NCBI GenBank assembly: GCA_001599295.1
Contig: BCGN01000004.1
Location: 66,138-130,137, forward strand
Direction: 5' to 3'
From: Sporopachydermia quercuum
Lineage: Eukaryota
Length of the DNA stretch: 64,000 nucleotides
Below, one piece after another: positions 33,988-47,376 of this stretch (the stretch's first letter is position 1; every line of letters starts with the position of its first letter). A program made the translations under genes and the position numbers. The notes beneath the pieces were generated by a model. The model made no database searches. It was given only the letters and a program-made list of their open reading frames with translations, and was not told the origin of the DNA.

Positions 33988-35981
33988 GATTATTAGATTA
34001 CGTCAGAAACGACACTTGATGAATATTCTATTATGTAAAGGTCATATTCTATGCATATTAATGTATGGTTTGAAAGGCACGCTTGCCATATAGTTGAGTC
34101 CTAGACTGTAATGATTCGGTGAAATCAGGACAATGAATCAAGACAACGGTCTATATAGATTTGACTGTCGTATGAAGTAGCAATTTGGCTCGATGTAAAT
34201 GCAGTATAGAGTAATGATTGGTCGCTGAATACGTTGTAGATGATATATGTTATAGATAATAGATTTGTTGATGCAGATTCGAGGAAGAGTTAATGAAGAT
34301 GCAAGGGATGAATACTAGCTGCAAATAAGGTTTAAAATTTAAAAAACTAAGGTTCAGGGTAGTATGAACTGTATTTTGAGTTTGATGTCAATCGGGTTAA
34401 AGTTCAGGGAATTGTGTGAGAAAGATGATGAATTATTAAAAGGATAGTTAGTGTGCTATGTTATAATGGTGTAAAAGCATAGTGCTGATTATGTTATATT
34501 CTGCTGAATAGGTTATCCAGGGGATGATTCTGACAGTAGGTGGCTGTTTTGGAGCCATCTGGTGAGGCCTCAAGTTGGAAATTAAACCAAAGAAATCTCA
34601 AGGCGGAAAAAGAGAAATTTAAGTGTTCGGCATAAGCCAGGCAGAAATCTGCAAATAGACTGCAGGTTAGTATTTGAAACGCCAGTTTCAAACAATGGTA
34701 AGCGATCATATCATGAAAAACGATCGACGGTTCAATTTTGGACCTTAAAGTGCTGGACTAGTGTCAATCAAATTTCCACAGTCTAATAAATCCTTTTATC
34801 ACTTCCTTTTTTTATGGCTCAGCAATTCTGCATAGGAAATTAATTCTTCAATTAAGTTCTAACCTAAAAAGCCTAAATATTAGCGTTTACACTTACATGT
34901 TTAACTACAAAATGTTTCCAGGAACATACCACTAATGAGACGATCGCCAAACCTGATTCATTCATTTTTCATTATAATTAGACGTCATTTTTTTACTAGA
35001 GTATAGCCAATACCACCAGGAAAACTGGTTTGCTATCAACAGTCTTTATTACAACCATAGCTACAAAAATAGTCAAACTTTGGCCCCATAATATCCGAAA
35101 AAGTGAAGTCTTCCTCTCATTCCTTGTCCATGAAACCCATAAGGATCGTTGGGAGGTTCTTACTTCCAACTCTTTTTCCCTACTTTCACCAAAAATCTGC
35201 AAATAAAATCTACCTATTTATATTACACCATTTCTCGTATTTCTATACTAATAATATACGTCTTCTATTCCCACATGCAAACCCAAGCCTCTCTATCCAT
35301 CATTAGTTTCAGAAAAGTGGAACCATATCTCTTACCTGTCAAGAGACAGTTAACCGATGAGACAAAACGAAGGTGATCCTCAAAACAATAATCATTACTC
35401 AACTCCATATATACCTAAGCTTGGATTGAACGATAAAATTGTTCAATGTATTGATTGTAAGTGGCTTAAATGGAATTTATGCTAATGAAGGATAGTTATA
35501 GAAATATAGGATAATTTTGACGGTCATCTATATCCTTTAACGTGATATAGATAAGTAGGTAGCATCACAGTAACAACAGATCATCCCTTATTAGTCCGGA
35601 ACTGATAGAGCAATTGAATTTTTTTACTGAGTTGTTATATCTATTGCTGATAGCAGTTAGTGATTTGATGGGTTAAGCCAGATAGTAGAAATTGAGGAAA
35701 AATTTTAATAGCTTTTCGACTACATCTTTCTGCTTAATATTAGACGTGACATGCATTATCGGGATAACTGGAACCTGGGAATCATAACGCGAGCTTCTAG
35801 TGCAATAGGTCATTGCGATCATCAGAAGTGCCCACAACCTTTTATAACAGACAAAATTCTTCAATTTACAACTTCTGAATCTTAGAAATTCTTTATTTCT
35901 TTTTATTTCTTTCCGTCATACAACAGAATTGAAGTTGAACGCAATAATAATTATCAGTAATAGCTATAACTACATATCAAA

Positions 35982-37755
35982 ATGGCTGGTAAGAATACAC
36001 CATCGTTGAGCATTGAAACAAACGAGATAAATGAAAGCACCGACAAGAGAAAATCACCAACTACTCAAACTTCACCATCTTCATCAGATCTACCTTCCTT
36101 ATCGATGCTGAGGTCCCTTTCACCAACAAGATTGTTTTCAAGACCCCATAAACCTATCCTATACATTCCTTGGTATATTGGTCAAAGCAAATATGAATTA
36201 GCAGAACAGTTTACTACAATTAAGTATATAGAAGATGAGAGAATGCACGATGCTTTAGTCAAGCAAGGAAAGTCCGATTGGAAAGGTCTCGTAGGGCTCA
36301 GAGCAATGTCAACTGGAAGAAATAGATATGCTAATATCATACCTTATGATAAGAATAGGGTGAAATTGACAAATATTCTAAGACCTGGTAATGATGAGGA
36401 GAACTATATCAATGCATCTGATATAAGTATTGATATGAGCTATTTAGATCCTGAAAGCTCGAGAAAACACTATATTGCGACTCAGGTATGATATTTTTTG
36501 ATTTCAGAATTTCACTTTTACGAGCAAAGTCTAACCAATTAATCTTTAGGGTCCCACTAGAGCAACTGTTGTTGATTTCTGGAACATGGCATTCCAATGT
36601 TGTCTCAAAGCTTCGGAGAGTAAATTCTATGCATCATCAAATGAAATAGTGATTGTGATGGTAACGCCTCTGAGAGAAAATGGGATGGAAAAGTGTTATC
36701 GTTATTGGCCGAGAAATATCAATGACTCATTCTTGCTAAATAATGACAGACGTGTGTATGAGATCAAAAGTTCCAATAGTAGTGGAGAAAGTAGTCGATT
36801 GATTTGTGATCCCCGGATGAACAGGGATGGCGTAATTGTTGCAGATGATGATTCAGACTCCGATGAAGGAGAAACGTCTGAGCTGAAGCCAGTATTTAAG
36901 GTGCCACTTCTACTAACATTGTTGGACTACGCTTATCATGAAGAGGGTAAGTTCCATGAATCAACATTATCTCTTATTCCTGTTGGCTCAAAAGATCCAA
37001 ACGATCTCAAGATCGTTCATCATGTCTATTTTGATCAATGGGCAGACTATGACAAACCTGACTCGCTTAATAGTGTTTTGAAACTCGTTGAAAGAGTGAA
37101 TCAGTTGAGATACTCTGTTTTACCACAGAACGATACATCTATTTCAAAAGGACATTCAGGCGATGAAGCATCACCGAAGCAAACCTCTTCTGCTTTTATG
37201 AGGAGGTCATCCAGTATGATAGCATTACCAGCATATGCATCTGATGAAAATATTGCCCCTCTGATTGTTCACTGTTCTGCTGGAGTTGGAAGAACCGGTA
37301 CCTATATTGCTCTGGATTATCTATTAACTCAATGTTCAGATTTCAAGAGAAGACCGGTTACCTCATCAGCTAGTGACACTGCTGGATCTTCACCTTCATA
37401 TTCACCCGTTATCAATGCAGCATTAGATCATAAAATAGACCACTTGCTTGACCAGGATCCATTGACAGCTGTAGCACATGAGGGAGCAACAAGTAAGGCA
37501 ATCCCGCAACCAAATACTCCAACCGAAAAGTCTCCAACTGTGTCTTCACCCACTATTATTCCTGTAGAAGAGTCTCATGCAGACGATCCTGATTTAATTC
37601 TCGAGATTGTTAAAAGTTTAAGGAGACAGCGGATGCAAACTGTTCAGAGTCGGAGTCAGTTTTTCTTCATTTATGAAACTGCTTCTAACTATTTCTTTAA
37701 CGTGCATAAAAAGACTGGTTTCATTCTCAAGGAACAGAAGAAGAGAAGCAAATAG
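35982..37755 (+). CDS. PTP1: Protein tyrosine phosphatase; exons 35982-36485, 36550-37755
   Basis: A 64-nt intron (GTATGA..CTAAC..TAG) restores YIATQ|GP...DFW. Also contains RNRY, NYINAS, HCSAGVGRTG and the QR..TVQ..Q loop. Confidence 0.9.
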
Positions 37756-38569
37756 TAAAGTGATCATGATTTTGTATTTATGTTATTTTTTCTGGGAATG
37801 GATTTGGGAGTTGAAGATCTTATAATGTACTTATATATTGACTTATAATGATATAGTTATTAATATGTTATGACATACGTACTCAATCTTTTTCGAACCG
37901 GCGATAGTTGAGTGTCAATTAATAGGTTAAGCCAACAATAAGTGCAAACGATATGTTTGATATTCAATTCAATTATGGACTCAAGTCTAGTCGAATTGAA
38001 CATTGGTAATACATTGTGCTCCAATATTTATCATATAAAAAGAAAAAAGTGAGTATATTAGTCTTCAAGCTAACTACCCAGTTATCCTCTTATCAACAAT
38101 CTTATCAGCCATAAATAATTGGCAATCTACTTGTTTATGGTGTAATGCTTCTGTGGTAATAACACACATTTGTATAATGCCAATATCATAGGACCACAAA
38201 TATATTTTTCTCTAATGCACAAACATAATAAACTTTTTTTTATAAAAACACAGTNTTTTGATGAAAAGTAGTTGCATGTTAAGCGCCGGAATTTACAACC
38301 AACAGATCAATCAAATGACCTAGTTTTGAACTAATTGACGTGTCAGATGTTCTGTTTAGGTAACGCTGTATTAATTAATAGATATGAATAACAATTCTCA
38401 GAGTAAAATAATTGTGGAAACGTGCCTTTTCTCTACAAGAAGATCGAAGATGAAACAAGGGATGGAGTTCAGCACGCATAATTCTTCAGTGGGACTCTAG
38501 AATATATCCACTTGACGTTCCAGACTGCATAATCAACAGTAAGATAGCACATTTAAAATACTGAATATA

Positions 38570-39878
38570 ATGGGAGATATTAAAAGCAAGACAGGATGCT
38601 ACTTGGTGTCCTGGAGTATTCCCTTGGAACCTTTGGAATTGAACCAAGGCATCAGTAACAATAATACATCAACAAGCTCAACAGTTGATGTTGATGCAGT
38701 GTACACAGGGTTGAGCTTTGTTGTGGAGAAATGGTATATGAAAGAAATATTATGTAAATGGAAATCAAACAAAGATCCAAAAATAAGGTACAAAGTCAAA
38801 GAAGAAGAAACAGTGATGATTGGGATTACGAAACAACCAGTTAATCTCTATGGCGAGATGTTTTGCCAATTAACGAAAGCTCACTGTAATTCATGGAATT
38901 CAGCAGTATTGTTGATAAGATCAACAGAAATACAGACAGATGTTCAAATTGTAGATGTTTTCACTAAGAGCAGAAAAGAACTCAAGCAAGTTAGTATTAT
39001 ACTCATAAATTAGTACATCGGCATCACTATAAAGCATCATTTAGTGTGTGAATTATGATTATGATACTAACATTGAGTAGATAATAAAAGAGTTTATGAT
39101 GATTGAAGTGTCAGACATGGCAGAACCGGCAAAAATATCCAGTAAAATCAGTTTGTTACGAGAAATTGAACTCTCAAATACGGATCAACTGTCATATATC
39201 CAGTATAAGTTGTGCGCCAATCGAACTTGGGTTCCATTGGGTCTAGGTTATGGGTATATTGTTAGCTGTGCAATTGAAAATACAGAAAAGATGATAAGCA
39301 TGATTATTCTTAAGTTCAGTACCATTTATAGGCAGGAAAATATCATGTATAAATTTGAACAAGACTTTTATCACTCAGGGACAACTTGGGATCTTCAAAA
39401 TCAAACTCAAGACGATGACTTTCAGTTGATATACTATGCAGACGAGCTGACATGGCAGGATTATGTAGATACTTTTGGTTTGGGTGATCCTTTTGATGTC
39501 GATAATGAAAAATTAGATATAAGCATTGATCCTGAACGTGATTCAGAGTACATTTTTTCGTATACTAAGAAACTAACGGATGAAATTCAACAGGAAGCCG
39601 ACACAATCAAACCAAAAGAGGAGGACATTGATCATCTGCGATATGAATTTCGATCAAACGATGTATCAGCAATTATAGGTCAGAAGGGAGCTATGATCGA
39701 GAGAATAAGAAAAGAATCACAATGTACAATCAAGATCCTACCTCATGACCTTTCCACTCAAACTGACGATAATTCATCTTCAAAGAAACAATGGATCCTA
39801 TTTACTGGTCCAAGGAAAAATTGCATGGTGGCTCTGAAGCTAATGTATGAGATCATTTGTTACAAGCGAACTGAATGA
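38570..39878 (+). CDS. MER1: Single C-terminal KH-domain RNA-binding protein, Mer1-like; exons 38570-38989, 39081-39878
   Basis: A GTTAGT..TACTAAC..TAG intron fuses two ORFs in frame. The KH domain 'IIGQKGAMIERIRKESQCTIKILP...QWILFTG' resembles Mer1 'LIGAKGTRIESLREKSGASIKIIP...QTILISG'. Orthology and the start codon are uncertain. Confidence 0.55.
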
Positions 39879-40445
39879 TGTTTGAGCTAACTCTTTTGGA
39901 CCCTCGTTTCATCAATCCCAAATCATAGTATCATCAACTAAGAAAATAATACACCGAATCCAAAACTTAAATCTTAAGTTCTCAAACTCTTCCACTATTA
40001 ATCCTAATCATCATTCAAACATAATCGAATCAAATCTCAACAGCTCAAGAGGCCTATTCAAAATCCCAACAGTAATAGTCGACTATATTACCAAAACACT
40101 CAACCATCAATGCATTCCCAAACTCTTTCAAAATCGGCACACTCATTCATCTATCACAAATATCGATACTTATGATATTTCATACTTTTTTTCGACATAT
40201 TCCAATCCTCAACTACTGCCAACACAATATATATATAGATCAATTGTTTCTTCCTTCATATTTAATCATCACATCAATACCAACATTTTTATGAATGAGG
40301 AAGTCAATTAATAACCAAAATTAGCTTTCCAGAATGCGTTAATCTTGCATTATCACGTGGAACTTAAAACCTTAACTCTATATTGGAAGCAGGGGCTGAT
40401 CACCTAATCCTTTATTAGCTACTTCACTCCACACCAAATCAATAC

Positions 40446-40558
40446 TTACCCGGCCCCAATTTATACTATTTGGGAAAGTGAAAAGTTTCCCTACGCTGTT
40501 TATGGGTGAAATTTTTTTTCGTTTTGGTGGGAATTGCTTAATCTTACAAAAATTTTCA
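40446..40558. promoter_or_regulatory. SSB1 promoter: Reb1 site and two RRPE-like elements
   Basis: TTACCCGG at 40446, TGAAATTTTTT at 40507 and AAAAATTTTCA at 40548. Confidence 0.6.
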
Positions 40559-40754
40559 TGGATTACTATGGCAAAGAGAGGAAATGCACTCTTCCTCTCA
40601 TTTATTTATTACCCTGGGTTCCCATAATAAAGGATTTCTCCTTCTTTACACAGAATTTCCCATTGATCATTAAAGAGATTGATACTGGGAGCAGTAGAAT
40701 TAGGGATAATTAGCATTATTCGCTTTAATACTATTAACATATATATACATAAAG

Positions 40755-42596
40755 ATGGCTGAGGGAACATTTCCAGGTGCTATTGGTATCGATTTAGGTA
40801 CTACATACTCATGTGTCGCTACCTACGACAATGCAGTTGAAATCATTGCCAACGAACAAGGTAACCGTGTTACCCCTTCATTCGTTGCTTTCACTGAAGA
40901 AGAAAGATTGATTGGTGATGCTGCCAAGAATCAAGCTGCTTTGAATCCTAAGAACACCGTTTTCGATGCTAAGCGTCTTATTGGTAGAAGATTTGATGAT
41001 GCTTCTGTTCAAAAGGATATCAAGAGTTGGCCTTTCACTGTTATCGACTCCAATGGATCTCCTTTAATTGAAGTTTCTTACCTTGGTGAAACCAAGACTT
41101 TCTCTCCTCAAGAAATCTCCTCCATGGTTTTGACCAAGATGAAGGAAATTGCTGAAGCTAAGATTGGTAAGAAGGTTGAGAAGGCTGTTGTTACCGTTCC
41201 TGCTTATTTCAACGATGCTCAAAGACAAGCCACCAAGGATGCTGGTTCCATTGCTGGTCTTAACGTTTTACGTATCATCAACGAACCTACTGCTGCTGCC
41301 ATCGCCTACGGTTTAGGTGCTGGTAAGACCGAACAAGAAAAGCACATTTTGATTTTCGATTTAGGTGGTGGTACTTTCGATGTCTCCTTGTTACACATTG
41401 CTGGTGGTGTCTTCACCGTCAAGGCTACTGCTGGTGACACTCATCTGGGTGGTCAAGATTTCGATACCAACCTTTTAGAATTCTTCATCAAGGACTTCCA
41501 AAAGAAGACTGGTAACGATATCTCTGGTGATGCCAGAGCTTTAAGAAGGCTTAGAACTGCTTGTGAAAGAGCTAAGAGAACTTTGTCTTCTGTCACTCAA
41601 ACTACTATTGAGGTTGACTCTTTGTTCGATGGTGAAGATTTCTCTGCTAACATCACCCGAGCTAGATTCGAAGACATTAACGCTGCTTTGTTCAAGTCTA
41701 CTCTTGACCCTGTTGAACAAGTTTTGAAGGATGCTAAGATCGCCAAGTCTAATGTCGACGAAGTCGTCTTAGTTGGTGGTTCCACCCGTATCCCCAAGGT
41801 CCAAAAGTTGTTGTCTGACTTCTTCGATGGTAAGCAATTAGAAAAGTCCATCAACCCCGACGAAGCCGTTGCCTATGGTGCCGCTGTTCAAGGTGCTATC
41901 TTGACTGGTCAATCCACTGGTGAAGAAACTAAGGACTTGTTATTGTTAGATGTTGTTCCTTTATCATTAGGTGTCGCTATGGAAGGTAACATTTTCGCTC
42001 CTGTTGTCCCCAGAAACACCACCGTTCCTACTATCAAGAGAAGAACTTTCACCACTGTTGAAGACCACCAAACTACTGTCCAATTTCCTGTTTACCAAGG
42101 TGAACGTGTCAACTGTGCTGAAAATACCTTGCTAGGTGAATTCGACTTAAAGGGAATTCCACCTATGAAGGGTGGTGAACCTGTGTTGGAAGCCATCTTC
42201 GAAGTCGATGCCAATGGTATCCTCAAGGTTACTGCCGTTGAAAAATCCACCGGTAGAACTGCTAATATCACAATCTCCAACTCTGTTGGTAGATTATCAT
42301 CCACTGATATCGAAAAGATGATCAATGATGCTGAAAAATTCAAAGGTGCAGATGAAGCTTACTCCAAGAAGTTTGAAGCTAAGCAAAGATTAGAATCATA
42401 CATTTCCTCAGTCGAATCTACTGTCACCGACCCTCTTTTGGCTACTAACTTAAAGAGAGGTGCCAAGGACAAGGTTGAAACTGCTTTGTCTGATGCTATG
42501 GCTGCTTTAGAATTAGAAGATTCGTCTGCTGATGACTTGAGAAAGGCTGAATTGAAGCTTAAGAGAGCTGTCACCAAGGCTATGAGCACTCGTTAA
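40755..42596 (+). CDS. SSB1: Ribosome-associated Hsp70 Ssb
   Basis: 613 aa, [13 protein letters not shown]-terminus '[11 protein letters not shown]' without EEVD, and strong codon bias. Confidence 0.97.
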   Translation: MAEGTFPGAIGIDLGTTYSCVATYDNAVEIIANEQGNRVTPSFVAFTEEERLIGDAAKNQAALNPKNTVFDAKRLIGRRFDDASVQKDIKSWPFTVIDSNGSPLIEVSYLGETKTFSPQEISSMVLTKMKEIAEAKIGKKVEKAVVTVPAYFNDAQRQATKDAGSIAGLNVLRIINEPTAAAIAYGLGAGKTEQEKHILIFDLGGGTFDVSLLHIAGGVFTVKATAGDTHLGGQDFDTNLLEFFIKDFQKKTGNDISGDARALRRLRTACERAKRTLSSVTQTTIEVDSLFDGEDFSANITRARFEDINAALFKSTLDPVEQVLKDAKIAKSNVDEVVLVGGSTRIPKVQKLLSDFFDGKQLEKSINPDEAVAYGAAVQGAILTGQSTGEETKDLLLLDVVPLSLGVAMEGNIFAPVVPRNTTVPTIKRRTFTTVEDHQTTVQFPVYQGERVNCAENTLLGEFDLKGIPPMKGGEPVLEAIFEVDANGILKVTAVEKSTGRTANITISNSVGRLSSTDIEKMINDAEKFKGADEAYSKKFEAKQRLESYISSVESTVTDPLLATNLKRGAKDKVETALSDAMAALELEDSSADDLRKAELKLKRAVTKAMSTR

Positions 42597-43076
42597 GTCT
42601 AAAGTTCTTCATCTATAATGATTGATTAAATTCTTATTATATTATGTTAATTATAGTTGGGAAATTAAAATGTTGATCCATTGTCTCTTGATCAAATCAA
42701 AATTAAAATAATGTAATATCATTTTATTCTTGGGTTTCATTATGGGTCGGTTATATAATTTGTTATAGAAAAGAAACATGGTATCCATTTTATTAATATT
42801 GTTTGATTGTAGTAAAAGTAAATGATTATGAATACGAGTATGAATGAGGGTGGGAGTTACATGCATTAAACTTAGAAACCGACGTATATAGGACTTTTCA
42901 CTTATAATAATGCTGTGAGAATTAACTGTTAAAACGTTCGTACACTCTTAACTGTCATTTCTTCGATTGATTGATTGTATTACTTTCATTATTTTACTAC
43001 TATTCTACTCATTCTGAAGCCGTATAATCTTACATAACATATCACTGTATGCAATTAATATTTCTTATAACCCATT

Positions 43077-44486
43077 TTACTCTANAATATAATTACCAAG
43101 TTTATCCATTTTCAACTCTTTCACGCCTTTTTGAAGAATTTCAATGATTTTCTCATTCTCTTCTTCGAGGCTTTCGGCTTCTTCCTCTTCTTCCTCGCTT
43201 GTTTCGCATTCTTCTGATTCCTCTTCTTCCTCCTCTTCGTCACCTTCTTCATCACCTTCTTCATCACCTTCTTCATCACCTTCTTCATCACCTTCTTCAT
43301 CACCTTCTTCACCACCTTCTTCATCGTCTTCATCATCTTTCACATCATAATCTTCAGCTTTAGCATTAAACTCACCTTCCTCACGTGATTGAGAAATGGC
43401 ACTCTCGAACTCTTTTGCCTTCTTCTTACTGAAACCAGAAGCTTCTACCTCTTTATCAAGCTCAGCAATTCGTTGGATATCCCTTTTAAGCACGGGATAT
43501 GCATACTTGAATCCTTCACCGTATCCATCAGTGTCTTCGTATATATCAGAATCAACAGGTTCGTAGTTGAACTTCTTCTTGAAAAATAGCTTTATACAAT
43601 CCACATCACGGTCAAAGTATCGTTCAGCATCGACGTGATCAATTGATACACATTGCGGGAAATCAATAACAACAAATTGCTTACCAGATTCATCATTTTG
43701 CAGTAAGTCGGGTTTTTTCTTTTCTTTATCAATTTTTCCTTCATGTCGTTTAGCAACCATATCTCTACCTGTATCTTTGATCATAATATTGAATTCGTTA
43801 AAGTCACAGTGTATTAATCCATGATTAGCCAATGCAACTATAAACTTCATTAATTCAGAATATAACTGTTTATAATTAGCATGATCAATTAGCTGTCTCA
43901 TTGGAAACCCATCAATTCTTTCCATTAATACCATATGACGACTCCAATCAATAGGCCTTGGAACGCTGAAGCCATCGCGATGTAAAATGGTCATGAAAAG
44001 ATATTCCTTTTCAGCAGCTAATCTACTAAGATACATCCAATTCTTAGTTTTCTTATTTCTCAGATAATCTCTATTCTTTTTCACTGTTCTAAAAGATATT
44101 CTGCCTAATCTATGAACCTTTAATACGTTTTCTGCATTTTCCTCATCAGTTGCGCTGAAGATATCACTTTCCTTACCAATACCTATTTGATTGCCTAGAG
44201 CATAAAGATGACCTCTGTTCAAGAACGCTCGGAGACCTAGGTAATCGAAACCTAAGTATGAGAGTTTATAGCCATCATATTTCGCATTTCTTACCTTTGA
44301 AACCAGTTTGATCTTTGCAAGATCAGAGATACATCTGTTGGTGTTAGAAACAGATCTGAGACCACCGATTTGATGGATTAGTGCAGTAGGAACCACCTCA
44401 TGATTTCTTGATCCTATTTCGACAGCTGTGAGAATACGAAAATCGTCAGCAGTGACATATCGCATCTGGGAAGTGTCTAACTTCAT
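43077..44486 (-). CDS. RIO2: Rio2 atypical kinase (40S maturation)
   Basis: MKLDTS..RY, GSRNHEVVP, GIGKESDI, HCDFNEFNI, IDFPQ, and C-terminal 'LKMDKLGNY'. Confidence 0.96.
   Translation of the reverse strand: MKLDTSQMRYVTADDFRILTAVEIGSRNHEVVPTALIHQIGGLRSVSNTNRCISDLAKIKLVSKVRNAKYDGYKLSYLGFDYLGLRAFLNRGHLYALGNQIGIGKESDIFSATDEENAENVLKVHRLGRISFRTVKKNRDYLRNKKTKNWMYLSRLAAEKEYLFMTILHRDGFSVPRPIDWSRHMVLMERIDGFPMRQLIDHANYKQLYSELMKFIVALANHGLIHCDFNEFNIMIKDTGRDMVAKRHEGKIDKEKKKPDLLQNDESGKQFVVIDFPQCVSIDHVDAERYFDRDVDCIKLFFKKKFNYEPVDSDIYEDTDGYGEGFKYAYPVLKRDIQRIAELDKEVEASGFSKKKAKEFESAISQSREEGEFNAKAEDYDVKDDEDDEEGGEEGDEEGDEEGDEEGDEEGDEEGDEEEEEEESEECETSEEEEEEAESLEEENEKIIEILQKGVKELKMDKLGNYIXE
43240..43323. repeat. 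Coding 12-bp tandem repeat (TCACCTTCTTCA) x7, encoding the EEGD array of Rio2
   Basis: Six perfect copies and one variant copy. Confidence 0.9.
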
Positions 44487-45200
44487 CTTGGTAAACAGTA
44501 ATGATAGATGTAAATAGTGAGTGATACTATCTGTGACTTGTTATGTCAAAGGAGGGATGAAGATAGTGTAATTAAGGGTTTCTGCATTTATGTATGCAAG
44601 ATAATTTATTGAATAAATCACGTCTGTTACTGACTATAACTTTTAGTAGGAGTTTAGCAAATTAATATGAAGTTTTTCATTATATGTCATGTCTTTCCTA
44701 GCGACAGATTAATTCTTTCTCAGTAAATAAATTTTTTCTTTAATAGTTCAATCATGCGCGTTTATGCAAGAAATATGCGAGGTTATGTTTAGTGAGATTT
44801 AAGGTATGACTACCTGTGATGAGACAAGAATGCATTAACTGATTATGTGATATTTTAGTTTGAATATTCATGTCTCCTGATATGGGACTATCGATAGTAT
44901 ATCGAATATTAGTAAAATGAGAACAGTTATCATTAAATCTCTGAACGAGCCAGAAAAAAATAGAACTACAATTATTTGATGATTTACATATCAATTATCT
45001 TCAAAAAGTGTTCGGGAAAGTTTGGTACGTTTATTTAATACGTTTATTGAAGGATTCACCGTAGAGTACTCATCCTCAAGTAACAGGCAGAAGAGTTGCT
45101 GTATGGTACCAATATGTCATGTCATTATGCATGGTTTTGCTTATACAGTTTCTAGTAAATAATTATACTGATTATGATAAAAGTAGCTGTGGCACTTGTT

Positions 45201-46680
45201 CTATGAATAAAGATAATCTTCTTCTTCCTCTTCTTCTTCATTGTCATCATCCAGTGATTCGTTCACATTTTGTTCATCTTTGATTTCTGCTTCTGGAGAT
45301 TCTTCTTCTTCCTCTTCCTCTTCACTAACTTCATCATTTTCTTTTTCCTTTTCACTTTCGGACTTCACCTTCATTTTCTGAATCTCGTCAGCTGCTTCTT
45401 CCTCTTCTTCCTCATCATCCTTCTCTTCTTCCCCACCGTCTTCTTCACCGTCGTCCTCTTCACTATTACTATCCTCACTTTCACTGTCGGATTCAGCATA
45501 ATCTTCGTCGTCGTCGTCGTCATCATCATCATCATCATTACTATTACCTGAATCCGCTGACGCAATATCAATGTTGTCACCAGCATCTTCTCCTGTATCG
45601 TCCTTTTTATAACCAGTTTGTTTTAATTGAGGCTTTGCTTGCAACTCTTCACTCAAACTCTTATTATTGAAATCCTTAGCTTGGACATACTCATCGATCT
45701 TCGAGAAATCGTCCTGATCAATCATACTGAATTCAATCTGTTTGCTGTTTTGTTTCTCCTCGTTTCCCTCAGTCGATTCTTTATCTGCTATCTCCAGATT
45801 CAGACTAAATGTTCTTCTGGTGATCGTACTATACACAACTGACCTTATATCAGCGTGCTGAAAATTGAGAATAGGTTTCCGCATACCAAATATTATACAG
45901 CTTGGGAANAAGAACAGGGATCCCTCTCTAGTACCGAAATGAGCACCAGCAAAAAAGGAACTGTTTTTTCCGTCATAGAAACTGGTATCCACTTTAATAT
46001 TAGCCTTCCGAAACTTATCTAAAACAAAGATTTGACAGTTCTTAGATGGTACCGAGGAGTAGGATTTAATGAAAGAAGCTTCAGTCAGCGTAATTACAAC
46101 TGGATTGCTATCGTCATTTCTGAGTAGTATAAGATTGGAGTGTTGTTTAAAATCGGGTACTGGCGTCACTGTCGCTAGGTAAATTGCAGTGTTAACATCA
46201 GGGATATATATTTCAGGCTTGCTGTCAATTGCCTTAGTGCCAGCCAAAGATAGTATATTATTGTTGTTCTTATCAGTAAATAATATCAAATTGAGCTTCT
46301 TCCGTACAGGAGATGTAAAAGTTACATCCTTCAGATGCAGCAGTATTTGATCTTCGGCTTTCATGATTTGTGCTAACGTTTCTGGTGTGGTGACAGCTGC
46401 AGTCGTCGATGAGGAAGAGCCGCTGGACGAACTGTTGAGCTTCCTTTTCTTCCTATCTGCTTCATCCTGCAATGAAAAGTGTTTTATGACATTCTCAAAC
46501 GCTGGCTTAGTTTCAGGATAATTTTCTATTGGAGATGAGCTTCTGTTAGTATTATAAGTGTAGGATTCAACAATTTGACGAAGTTATGTCATCAGCTGTT
46601 AAACTGCAGGAATAGCTCATACTAATGATAGAGTTGACCTCTTCAGCTATCTTAGCTGGGAGTTGTGAAATCAAGGTCAT
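45201..46680 (-). CDS. RTT106: Histone chaperone Rtt106; exons 46680-46623, 46525-45201
   Basis: A GTATGA..TACTAAC..TAG intron gives MTLISQLPAKIAEEVNSIIKNYP. PH-domain motifs 'FTSPVRKKLNL', 'GTREGSL...FGMRKPIL', 'YSTITRRTFSL', 'EFSMIDQ' and an acidic tail follow. Confidence 0.9.
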
Positions 46681-46835
46681 ATTTTGGTCTCCAGAGAATA
46701 GAATTGAGTACTTTGTTAATATCCACTAAAAAAATCCTTTAACCGATATTGTAGTATTTTTTTTTTGATTTTCAGATGTATAAAAGTGAAAATGATGTTA
46801 ATAAGAAGAAGAAAGCAGCAATGATGTAATTGTTC

Positions 46836-46841
46836 ACGCGT
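46836..46841. promoter_or_regulatory. MCB element (ACGCGT) in the divergent RTT106/DDC1 promoter
   Basis: Exact motif, with ACGCG and GTCACGTG nearby. Both flanking genes act in S-phase or DNA-damage functions. Confidence 0.45.
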
Positions 46842-47376
46842 CCTCATTGTTTCCGGTTTATGCCAGTCACGTGTTTGAAACGCGGAGATTATTAGTACCA
46901 CAATTACTATCAAACTTCAAGAATAGTGCAAGAAATTTTCTTCAAAATTAACAATTAACCATTAAATTACTAAAACTTAAATGGTTTCAATATAATAACG
47001 CACCTTTTTTGCCTAGAACTATCTCGATCTCTTCAGGCTTGCATATTCTATCAACTCACAAGGGTTTGGGAATACATGTTTCGGAAATTATACCCATCTC
47101 CTTGTAGTACAATCTCCGAAATTATCGCATCTTATCGTCTTCTTATACTAAACGGACCGATCATGATATTTCATTCCAATCAGCAACAACAGCATAGATC
47201 TCCAGTTTACAGTCCTTTTTACACTCAAAATGATGAATAGACGTTTCATGAATAACCGGACAGATTTTGTTGCGCACTAGAGCTGTAGAAACTGAGATAT
47301 ACATCTTGTGTTTCTCTTATTGATCATCTAAGAGACTACTTGATTTATCTCATAAAGGTACTTGTTGACATCCAAG

